A DNA stretch of 64,000 bases from a bacterium. GTDB lineage: Bacteria; Armatimonadota; Chthonomonadetes; Chthonomonadales; CAJBBX01. Numbering within the stretch: the stretch's first letter is position 1; the number at the start of each line of letters is the position of its first letter. Shown one piece after another: positions 39,362-47,334 of the stretch. The translations under genes were made by a program, and so were the position numbers. The stretch lies in contig JAJZOL010000206.1 in assembly GCA_021811565.1 (NCBI GenBank), forward strand, positions 9,105 through 73,104. Direction: 5' to 3'. The notes under the pieces are model-generated. The model was not told where the DNA came from. It saw only the letters and a list, made by a program, of their open reading frames with translations, and ran no database searches.

Positions 39362-40129
39362 GTGTTTCCGCATTTCATTAGCTTCAAAGATATATCTTAT
39401 AGAGAGATATTCACAATGGGTTATGAGTGGCATCAATCCAAGCCGTGCGAATTATCCAGAGGTTATAAGCGCGATCCGCTCGTTGAGGAACAGATTTGCT
39501 TATGGATCAAGCTCTCCAAAAAGGAGTTGCTCTATAACGCCACGATAAAGGATAGGGATAATGGCAATTATCCTCGCATGGAGACTCTCATACATTTCAC
39601 GCGACGCGCGATAAAAAACGGAGACAATGCCGCCAAGGATATACTGCTGACGGTGGTGTTTAATAGAGGCAAGATCATTGTTTGGAATAGCCTCAAACAT
39701 TACAACATCTACAATCATGCTCAACTTGAGGATGTTGCGTATGATGTCCTCGACGATTTGATTGTAAATGTGATGGATTTAACGGAGAAGCATGAGTTTT
39801 GGGAGGTGAATTTCATATCCTGTGTGCAGAGGCTGATAACAACCAAAATCAACTCAAGCTTTAAAAGGTCGAAAAAGGAGATTCATCCGGATCAGTATGA
39901 TGACGATGAGGGAAATGAGAGTTTGGAGGATGGGTTGAGGGATGATAGAAATCCCGAGGATATTGCGTTAACGAAAATTCAATATGATAAGCTTACCTAC
40001 CCTCACACCTTGATAGTCTTTTTGCTTGAAGAGGGTTATACGCAGGAGGAGATCGCGACAATAATTGGATGTTCCTCCAGAACAATCAGAAATCATATCA
40101 AATCGATTCGGACATTGATGCAAAAATAA
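39362..40129 (+). CDS. Divergent sigma-70/ECF-like protein (region-2-like segment plus region-4 HTH) with an extended N-terminus
   Basis: LEDVAYDVLDDLIVNV...FWEVNFISCVQRLITTKINSSFKRSKKE resembles sigma region 2. The C-terminal LLEEGYTQEEIATIIGCSSRTIRNHIKSIRTLM is a region-4-type HTH. Start is GTG 39362 or ATG 39416. Confidence 0.5.
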   Translation: MFPHFISFKDISYREIFTMGYEWHQSKPCELSRGYKRDPLVEEQICLWIKLSKKELLYNATIKDRDNGNYPRMETLIHFTRRAIKNGDNAAKDILLTVVFNRGKIIVWNSLKHYNIYNHAQLEDVAYDVLDDLIVNVMDLTEKHEFWEVNFISCVQRLITTKINSSFKRSKKEIHPDQYDDDEGNESLEDGLRDDRNPEDIALTKIQYDKLTYPHTLIVFLLEEGYTQEEIATIIGCSSRTIRNHIKSIRTLMQK

Positions 40130-40286
40130 GTGTTTTAGACTCGAAACAGGAGAAAACCGGTTTGGATCATCAAACCTTTTTTAATAGCCGTCAATTGCCT
40201 CATTCAACTTTTATTCGGAGCCTTTTGGACTGGCTGTTTATCCTATGTTGAATGATATTGCAAACACCCGGTAGGATGGAAAAATA

Positions 40287-40925
40287 ATGACGGACATCAT
40301 GGATATCATAATAGAGATAGAGAGTGAATCAAAGCCTGGCGAACGCATTGATCTATTGCGATGGATCGAAAAATATCCCTCGCAAAGGGAGGAGATATTA
40401 GAGTACGCCATGCTTAAGCACTATGAATCCATTTTGGAAACGGAACCTGTGGACGATCCACAGTACGACTCCTATTCCGTCCGAGCGAACCAAATTTTGC
40501 AAAATGCTCTTGGAAAAAGGGAGGAGCAAGTAACGTTTGACAATATATCGCTGTTCTCGTTGATTCGTCGAAAACACAAACGACCGGAGGATGTGGCGAG
40601 ATCCTTGAATGTTGGGTTTTCCGTTCTTGCGAAGTTGGATCACGGTTTGTTGGAAGTGTCCAGTATCCCGCGTCGTTTTTGGAGATTGCTCGCAAGGGAG
40701 ATTAATGAAACGGAGGATATACTTAGATCCCATTTTATTCAAATACCCAATGTGTTATTAATGGCAGGACACTGGATCGGTTTTTACTCCCCGTCCAAAC
40801 CGAGTTCGAAATCCCTGGTCACCTTCTCCTCGGCGATTGAAGAGTGCGAAGATATGTCGAACGAAGAGAAATCGAATTGGCTGAAAATAGTGTCCGAGGA
40901 TACCTCGATTAAAGATCATGAATAG
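40287..40925 (+). CDS. Hypothetical protein with a central XRE-like helix-turn-helix (candidate ImmR-like partner)
   Basis: LFSLIRRKHKRPEDVARSLNVGFSVLAKLDHGLLEVSSIP fits the XRE HTH pattern. No TM helix. The stop overlaps the next ATG by 8 nt (ATGAATAG). Confidence 0.4.
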   Translation: MTDIMDIIIEIESESKPGERIDLLRWIEKYPSQREEILEYAMLKHYESILETEPVDDPQYDSYSVRANQILQNALGKREEQVTFDNISLFSLIRRKHKRPEDVARSLNVGFSVLAKLDHGLLEVSSIPRRFWRLLAREINETEDILRSHFIQIPNVLLMAGHWIGFYSPSKPSSKSLVTFSSAIEECEDMSNEEKSNWLKIVSEDTSIKDHE

Positions 40926-43900
40926 ATGGCGTCTCATCCGCCAGCGTGCGCGTGAGTATCGGGAAACGGTTCTATCCTCCAATTCGGGACTTTCCTCCTC
41001 TTCTCTTCCTTCCTCGGAAGATATTATCAGCGCCGCAATGGAACTTGCGGGCTACTCCAAATACGCTCTTCCCGCCACTGATCCCCTCTTATACGGCGCC
41101 ATTTCCGTTCTTGACAGAAGAGCGCAATGCATCTGGTACTCCAAAGACGTAAATCCCTTGATGCTTCCGTTTTATCTCGCACATGAATTGGCGCATCTTC
41201 ATCTTCGGAGGCACACCACCATGTGCTTGCCCGAATACATTCCCTCCTTGCCTCATCCAAAAGCCCCATCGACGGTATGGAGCGAGAGGCTTGGTTACTC
41301 TCTCAAGGAGAGACGGGAGATGGAGGCGAGTGTGTTTGCCATTGAGTTCCTCCTGCCATTACCCGTGGTGCGCGATTTATTCATGAACGGCATGGACGCC
41401 GAAGGGATCAGCGAACGAGTCAGGATCGCTCCCGAATTGATACACACTCAGTTGATAGAGGCTTCTCTGCCGGACATCCCCACGGAAACACCTGCATTGA
41501 AACGCAAAAAACGATTTGACGCGTCTCAGCGGCGTGCGATTGCATGCGAGGATGGTGCTACTTTAGTGCTGGCGGGGCCTGGCACCGGTAAAACGACCTC
41601 GTTAATCTCCCATGCGGAATATCTGATGAGCAATGGAGTGCATCCGGAAAACATACTGATACTGACTTTCAGCAATAATGCAACGGAGGAGCTTTTTCAT
41701 CGCGTGGAGGAGACCTACCCAGAGGCGGCGGAGCGGATGTGGATTGGGACGTTTCACTCCTTTGGTCTTGAACTCATCAGACGATTTGGGAACCTGATCA
41801 ATTTCTCTCAAAACGCGACGCTGATTGATGAAGTTGACGCAATACCCCTCATGGAGCGATATCTTGAAAGGTTGGACCTCTCCCCACATTTCATATGCAG
41901 TCTAAAAGACCCCATCAGGTATTTTAGAAACCTCTATTACACCATTTCCAGATGCAAAGACGAACTGTTATATCCGGACAGCCTTCATGATTATCCCTCC
42001 AAAACCGAGGCGGAGTTCAATGAGACAGAGAAGATAGATCGAGTTCTTAAATTTGCACAGGTCTATGAAGAGTGGGATCGTATCCTCCGAGAGGAGGGGC
42101 GTATGGATTTCGGCGATTTGATCGCGCAGCCGGTGAAAATCCTTCGATCCTTCCCAGAGGTGCTTTTTCAAGTACGGTCAGAATTTCCCCATATTCTCGT
42201 GGATGAGTATCAGGATATCAATCGAGCGACTACGGTGTTGATTGAATTGCTTGCCGGTGATGGTCGAGGATTATGGGCTGTCGGGGACAACCGACAGGCT
42301 ATTTATGGGTTTAGAGGAGCGTACGGAAAGAATTTTCAGGAGTTTTCCCATCGATATCCAAACGCGAAAGTGAAGAATCTAAGAAGAAATTATCGCTCAC
42401 TTGCAGCTATTGTGGAGTTGCTCAACCAAATTGCAAATCATGGGAATGACGGGGTGAAACGGGATAAGTGGCTTCCTCATCGAACAAGCGAACAGGCGAC
42501 AATCCGTAATATCGTTGCGAATGAAAAGAACGATCAACTTGAAGCGATGGTTCAAATAATAAACGAGGACCTGAACCAGGGGGTTTCATATTCCTCTCAT
42601 GTTATTTTATGCAGGACATATGACCAAGCGAAAACGGTATCGGAATACATGGAAGCCTGTGGAGTTCCGACTCTGTTTCTTGGCAGTATAACGGATCATA
42701 ACAGTGTAAAGGATATGCTTGCTATATTAAGCTATTGCAGGAATGGCGATGCGGTCTCACAAGATCGCATCTTGCAATTTGCGGAGTATGTAGGGAAAGG
42801 GGAGCAATCAGAGAGTTCTAAAGATGAAACGGATACGAGACTATTTGAGAGCCACATGGACGCGCTGCACCGCATCGATGATCCCTTCAAGTTGCTCACA
42901 CACTATCTTTACACTCTTTCCAGTTACTTACGTCGCCTGATGCTGGAAGATAGCGTTGAGGCGTTGCAGGAGAGGATTGCACTCAGCCAGTTTCTCTTTC
43001 TTTTGCATTCACATGTCAATCGGAATATCTATGGGAATTCCACTCGAATTGGTGATTTTCTGGATTGGATGGCATTGATGGAGAACTTGGATATGGGCAG
43101 TAAAATCAATGCAACCGAACATATGGATTATCTAAACGCAGTACGTGTTATGACTCTCCACAAGTCGAAAGGCTTGGAATTTCCATCCGTTATCATTCCT
43201 TTTTTGGAGGAGATGAAGACTAGGAGCCGAGGCACCCTGCAATTACTGATGACATTTGATGATCCGGATTCAGCCCAGGAGGAAAAGCGGTTATATTTTG
43301 TGGGGGTGAGCCGCGCCATGGATCGTCTTACTCTATTGCATACCGATTCGAGGCAATCCGATAATGAATTTATTGACCTCATAAATCATTTCATAACACC
43401 CATCGTTTATTGCCATGATGCAAATATCGACCATCGTCTGCATTTCGACAAGGAGCCATTGATTTCAGCGGAAACCTTACCCGTTTATAAACCGGAGGTG
43501 ACTTGGCTCGGATTGCAGCAATTTGAAAAATGTCCGAGAAGATACCATTATTTGGCCAAATTTGGCTTTCCAACCATTTTCAATCGAAGGCATTACGGAT
43601 GGTTTCAGCATCTTATCATGTCGCGGATACGTGATATGCGGGCGAAAAGTTTAGATGGTGAGGGGATATCTCTTGAAGAGGATATCCTCAAATACGAAGA
43701 GGAGTGGAATGCACCGGGAGTGCCAGACACCCAGTATTCCATGAGACTGAAGAGGTATGGAATGAGGTTGTTGGTAAATTTCAGGGATTTGACCCTCCGC
43801 GAAAAACCTATCCCCCAGACTAACATCGTCCTCTCGCTTGATTACGGAAAGATCAGAATACCCATGGATTACGTCTCGGAATGCGAGGGGGGCTATTGGA

Positions 43901-44193
43901 TCATATACAAATTTTTGTTGGATCCGATTAGGAAAGAGGATAAAAACTCTCCGGAAATCGCGCTGCTAAGGAAAGCGTTGATGGAAACCCTGCCGGAAAC
44001 AGAATTTGAAATTGCGCTATATTCGCTATATGACAATGTAACGATGAAAGTGGACGTGGACACTCCCCGGGAACTGCGTAGAATTGAAAAATATAGGAGC
44101 GTCATAAAAAGATTGGCGGAGGGTTGCTCCTCGGCCAACCCTGGCTATGAATGTCGAATATGCTCGTTTAGATTTATTTGCTCCAAGAAATGA
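40918..44193 (+). CDS. Fusion of an ImmA/IrrE (Peptidase_M78) metallopeptidase, an SF1 UvrD-like helicase and a Cas4/AddB-type PD-(D/E)XK Fe-S nuclease
   Basis: HELAH at aa 89-93 (nt 41182-41196) plus EMEASVFAIEFLLP. Walker A AGPGTGKT (aa 219-226), TFHSF, VDEYQD, VGDNRQAIYGFRGA, NYRS, TLHKSKGLEF, VGVSRA. C872 (FEKCPRRYHY) plus C1079-x2-C1082-x5-C1088. Confidence 0.8.
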   Translation: MNRWRLIRQRAREYRETVLSSNSGLSSSSLPSSEDIISAAMELAGYSKYALPATDPLLYGAISVLDRRAQCIWYSKDVNPLMLPFYLAHELAHLHLRRHTTMCLPEYIPSLPHPKAPSTVWSERLGYSLKERREMEASVFAIEFLLPLPVVRDLFMNGMDAEGISERVRIAPELIHTQLIEASLPDIPTETPALKRKKRFDASQRRAIACEDGATLVLAGPGTGKTTSLISHAEYLMSNGVHPENILILTFSNNATEELFHRVEETYPEAAERMWIGTFHSFGLELIRRFGNLINFSQNATLIDEVDAIPLMERYLERLDLSPHFICSLKDPIRYFRNLYYTISRCKDELLYPDSLHDYPSKTEAEFNETEKIDRVLKFAQVYEEWDRILREEGRMDFGDLIAQPVKILRSFPEVLFQVRSEFPHILVDEYQDINRATTVLIELLAGDGRGLWAVGDNRQAIYGFRGAYGKNFQEFSHRYPNAKVKNLRRNYRSLAAIVELLNQIANHGNDGVKRDKWLPHRTSEQATIRNIVANEKNDQLEAMVQIINEDLNQGVSYSSHVILCRTYDQAKTVSEYMEACGVPTLFLGSITDHNSVKDMLAILSYCRNGDAVSQDRILQFAEYVGKGEQSESSKDETDTRLFESHMDALHRIDDPFKLLTHYLYTLSSYLRRLMLEDSVEALQERIALSQFLFLLHSHVNRNIYGNSTRIGDFLDWMALMENLDMGSKINATEHMDYLNAVRVMTLHKSKGLEFPSVIIPFLEEMKTRSRGTLQLLMTFDDPDSAQEEKRLYFVGVSRAMDRLTLLHTDSRQSDNEFIDLINHFITPIVYCHDANIDHRLHFDKEPLISAETLPVYKPEVTWLGLQQFEKCPRRYHYLAKFGFPTIFNRRHYGWFQHLIMSRIRDMRAKSLDGEGISLEEDILKYEEEWNAPGVPDTQYSMRLKRYGMRLLVNFRDLTLREKPIPQTNIVLSLDYGKIRIPMDYVSECEGGYWIIYKFLLDPIRKEDKNSPEIALLRKALMETLPETEFEIALYSLYDNVTMKVDVDTPRELRRIEKYRSVIKRLAEGCSSANPGYECRICSFRFICSKK

Positions 44194-44295
44194 GGCACCT
44201 ACTTCTAAACGGAGGGACGTCAACATATGTCAAACCTATTTGAAGACAATTAAAATCCGTAAAAATAGCGATAATCGCATTTTAGCTATATAGTC

Positions 44296-44382
44296 AGGTA
44301 ATTGCTAAATTCGATTTCCATATATTTCGCCGAACGTGTAATGAGCGATAATAGCCACATTTCCTGAATTTTGCAATTACCT
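44296..44382. repeat. Copy B of the ~85-bp inverted-repeat-bounded element (inverted relative to copy A)
   Basis: Its reverse complement reads AGGTAATTGCAAAATTCAGGAAATGTGGCTATTATCGCTCATT..., nearly identical to copy A. It is flanked by two partial copies (44261-44295 and 44391-44432). Confidence 0.8.
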
Positions 44383-44577
44383 CTATAAACATGAGAAATG
44401 AGCGATCATAGCGTCAGGTGTTACATTTGCATTCCCCTCCAAGGATATCCCCACATCTCTTTTGGTACATATTCCTCTTATTTTAATTTTCACCAAAAAT
44501 ATCGTCACATCAATAAAGATATTTAACATAAAAGCCGAAAATCCATTTAGAGATGGTATTGATGGGGAGGCGAAGAG

Positions 44578-45693
44578 ATGGATTGCGACACGAGAAAGTG
44601 CGTTGAATGCCCATGCTTGAATTGGAAGACGATAGATCCAAGATACAATGTGTTACTGACACCAATGGATCGAATCTCGGAATCCGAACTGAAGCGATCC
44701 CTTGCGAAATCGAAAGTCCCCTTCATATCGCTCGGTTGCTCCGTGTTGCTGGATTTTCCGCTAGAGCGAATGAGTGAATTGAAATCCGCCTTATGGACCG
44801 GCATACCTTCCTTGCTTCATTCACGAATCAAAGGGATATTTCTCAGTGATGCTAATCGGCGTCAATTCACGTTTCGTGATTTTCTTCAGGCGGAATCTCT
44901 CCCAGTCTTTTTCGAACAGGCAGAAGTTGAATGGGCTAGGCGAATACTGAGCATAGGATCTCTGTACAGCGTGTTTCATCCCATTTTGGACGCCAGAACA
45001 ATGAAGATCGTTGCATACGAGGCGTTGGTGAGGGCGCATCATCCCTACACAGGCGACGTGATATCCGCTGGCGAACTCCTGCACGCTTGTGGAAGACTGA
45101 ACCTTATGGATCAGTTGGATGGAATGGCGCGTCAGTGCGCCATTCGATCGGCAATTCAAGTGGATCAGTCCGATGCTCTGATATTCATCAACTTCCTCCC
45201 GAACGCCATTGGCGATCCTGATAGCGCTCTGAAATGCACCTTTGAGGATGCGAAGGAGATAGGATTCAAACCTGAAAGATTGGTCTTCGAGGCGGTGGAA
45301 GCGGAGAGCGCCATGAGCTTGGAGATGTTGCGTGACATTGCAAGGTACATCCATGCGATGGGGGCTAAGTTCGCCTTGGACAATCTTGGCAGAGGTCGCA
45401 TCGCTGTCCAATTGATTGAAAAATTGAACCCGGATTACGCCAAAATGGATGCAAATTTGATAGCCGTAGCGGTGACTAATGCAAATGCACGTCTGGAGAT
45501 GGATCGAATCTGCATGTCGGCGCAAGGTGTTGGAGCCACATTGATAGGGGAGGGCATCGAAACAATCGATCAGATGCGGGTCGCACTTCGCGCCGGCATC
45601 TCTCTGATGCAGGGGTTTCTCTTCTCCATTCCGTGCAATCCGGAGGATGCGGCAAAACCAATAAGGGGGTATCTTCAGCGACAGATCGCGTGA
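44578..45693 (+). CDS. EAL-domain c-di-GMP phosphodiesterase with a Cys-rich N-terminal domain of unknown function
   Basis: EAL motifs YEALVRA, INFLPN, FEAVE, ALDNLG, AKMD, GEGIE, QGFLF. The N-terminus is MDCDTRKCVECPC. GGGGAGG precedes the ATG. Confidence 0.8.
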   Translation: MDCDTRKCVECPCLNWKTIDPRYNVLLTPMDRISESELKRSLAKSKVPFISLGCSVLLDFPLERMSELKSALWTGIPSLLHSRIKGIFLSDANRRQFTFRDFLQAESLPVFFEQAEVEWARRILSIGSLYSVFHPILDARTMKIVAYEALVRAHHPYTGDVISAGELLHACGRLNLMDQLDGMARQCAIRSAIQVDQSDALIFINFLPNAIGDPDSALKCTFEDAKEIGFKPERLVFEAVEAESAMSLEMLRDIARYIHAMGAKFALDNLGRGRIAVQLIEKLNPDYAKMDANLIAVAVTNANARLEMDRICMSAQGVGATLIGEGIETIDQMRVALRAGISLMQGFLFSIPCNPEDAAKPIRGYLQRQIA

Positions 45694-45736
45694 GATACAA
45701 AAGTTAAGGATGATGCTTAAGGATCAATAGCATCAA

Positions 45737-46348
45737 CTACGGTTCGAAGTAGAATGAGGTCCTTCGCCTTAATTCCAGCCTGGCTCGGCTTAATCTGGAT
45801 TTGATGGTTCCCACAGGCACATGCAGTATCCTCGCTATCTCATCCAAAGTTTGCCCGTCAATATGATGCAAAAGAATAACCGTTCGGTATTCGTCCGGAA
45901 GGGTGTCTATGGCTTGCAGAAGCACTTGCGCACGTTCCGTAGTGTGAAGTATCTTCATGGGCTCCAAGGCGGGATCGGCTTGAAGGAATTGAATTGGGGA
46001 AGGTGATCCATCCTCGCCTTCCTTGTCAAGTTCCATGATCTCTGGAGAATTCATCCGCTTGTTAAGATGATCGAGGCATAGATTTGTGGCGATTCGACGT
46101 ATCCAGAACGGCAAGGAATCACGATTGCGCAGACGGGGAAGAGATTTGTAGATACGCACAAAGGTTTCTTGGGTTATGTCTGCGGCATCCTGTTCGTTCC
46201 GGATCATACGGTAAATATAGTTGTAGACCCTTTTATAGTGAATGTCCATCAACCATTCGAACAGCTGGTCATTGGAAAGATTCTCTCGCTGTTCGATATT
46301 TGATGGGAACGGATAGGATAACGCGCCAGGAAAAGAGCCTTTGTTCAA
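45737..46348 (-). CDS. ECF-type RNA polymerase sigma factor
   Basis: Region 2 DAADITQETFVRIY...FWIRRIATNLCLDHLNKR. Region 4 LPDEYRTVILLHHIDGQTLDEIARILHVPVGTIKSRLSRAR. Confidence 0.9.
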   Translation of the reverse strand: MNKGSFPGALSYPFPSNIEQRENLSNDQLFEWLMDIHYKRVYNYIYRMIRNEQDAADITQETFVRIYKSLPRLRNRDSLPFWIRRIATNLCLDHLNKRMNSPEIMELDKEGEDGSPSPIQFLQADPALEPMKILHTTERAQVLLQAIDTLPDEYRTVILLHHIDGQTLDEIARILHVPVGTIKSRLSRARLELRRRTSFYFEP

Positions 46349-46387
46349 GAAATTAATCCTCTGCGTGAGGCGATGATTGGTATGTCA

Positions 46388-46472
46388 AGTAATTGCAGAT
46401 CTCGTAAATAAGGTCTTTTCGTGTGCCAAAAATATGCGGTCTTAGTTTCACATTATGAATTCTGCAATTACC
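46388..46472. repeat. Copy D of the inverted-repeat-bounded element (divergent interior; arms GTAATTGCAGA / TCTGCAATTAC)
   Basis: AGTAATTGCAGATC...GAATTCTGCAATTACC, 85 bp, in the intergenic region between sdhB and the ECF sigma gene. Confidence 0.6.
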
Positions 46473-46527
46473 GCTCCTATTAAAAGTGTAGCAAGGGTTT
46501 CGGGGGTTGTCAAGGAAATATTTGTTT

Positions 46528-46569
46528 CCCGCGTCGAAAGTGTCGAAAATATGGCATTTCCGACGCGGG
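46528..46569 (-). terminator. GC-rich hairpin 13 nt downstream of the sdhB stop codon (candidate terminator)
   Basis: CCCGCGTCG (46528-46536), a 24-nt loop, CGACGCGGG (46561-46569). The sequence after it is A/T-rich but has no clean U-tract. Confidence 0.4.
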
Positions 46570-46581
46570 CATTTATGGAGA

Positions 46582-47334
46582 TTATCTCTTTTTTGGACCG
46601 ACAATCTTTCGAATCAGGATTTTCAATGGATCGTAATAATAATCCGCTACGCGTTCCTTAAGGGGGATAATACCGTTATCCGTAAGATGGATATGTTCGG
46701 GACATACCTCCTCGCAACATTTCGTGATATTACAATACCCAATGCCGCCTTCCTCCTTAAGCTGTCGCAACCGATTCTCGCTGTCCAAGGGGTGCATGTT
46801 GAGTGCGGCGATCTTAATCATGAACCGAGGTCCGAAATAGCCGTCCTTTCGGTTATGATCCCGAAGCACGTGACAAACATCCTGGCACAGGAAGCATTCA
46901 ATACACTTACGAAACTCCTGGATGCGTTCCACGTCTATCTGTTGCATTTTGAACGGGCGGGGAATATCCTCGGAGACAGTGAGGGGAGGTATCTTTTCCG
47001 CAGTCCTGTAATTGATCGATACATCCGTAACCAAGTCCTTGATGAGAGGGAAGGTCTTAAGAGGATGGACGCGAATTAATCCGTTGGAGTCGGCGAAATC
47101 CTCCACATGGCTTTTGCACATCAGTCTAGGTCTTCCGTTGATCTCCGCGCTGCAAGAACCGCATTTCGCAGCTTTGCAGTTCCAGCGACATGCGACAGTA
47201 CTATCCTGGGTTCCCTGTATTTGGTGAATGGCGTCGAGCACCACCATGCCCGGAAACGTGGTTACTTCGTAATCAGTCTCCGTACCGCCATCTGCATTTC
47301 CTCTGAAGAGGCGTATTGTCACTTTGTCACGCAT
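46582..47334 (-). CDS. sdhB: Succinate dehydrogenase/fumarate reductase iron-sulfur subunit
   Basis: Three Cys clusters: CRWNCKAAKCGSCSAEINGRPRLMC, CIECFLCQDVC, CNITKCCEEVCP. Confidence 0.9.
   Translation of the reverse strand: MRDKVTIRLFRGNADGGTETDYEVTTFPGMVVLDAIHQIQGTQDSTVACRWNCKAAKCGSCSAEINGRPRLMCKSHVEDFADSNGLIRVHPLKTFPLIKDLVTDVSINYRTAEKIPPLTVSEDIPRPFKMQQIDVERIQEFRKCIECFLCQDVCHVLRDHNRKDGYFGPRFMIKIAALNMHPLDSENRLRQLKEEGGIGYCNITKCCEEVCPEHIHLTDNGIIPLKERVADYYYDPLKILIRKIVGPKKR

Noticed and set aside
39170-44257. Imperfect direct repeat GACAATTAAATC (39170-39181) / GACAATTAAAATC (44245-44257) bracketing the helicase cassette, as possible att-like island ends
   Set aside because: It is a match of about 12 nt with an indel in AT-rich intergenic DNA. 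Such a match is plausible by chance in 64 kb, and no integrase is present. I record it only as something to test by comparative genomics.
44821-45525. 234-aa minus-strand ORF
   Set aside because: It is antisense to the EAL gene, whose catalytic motifs are all intact on the plus strand.
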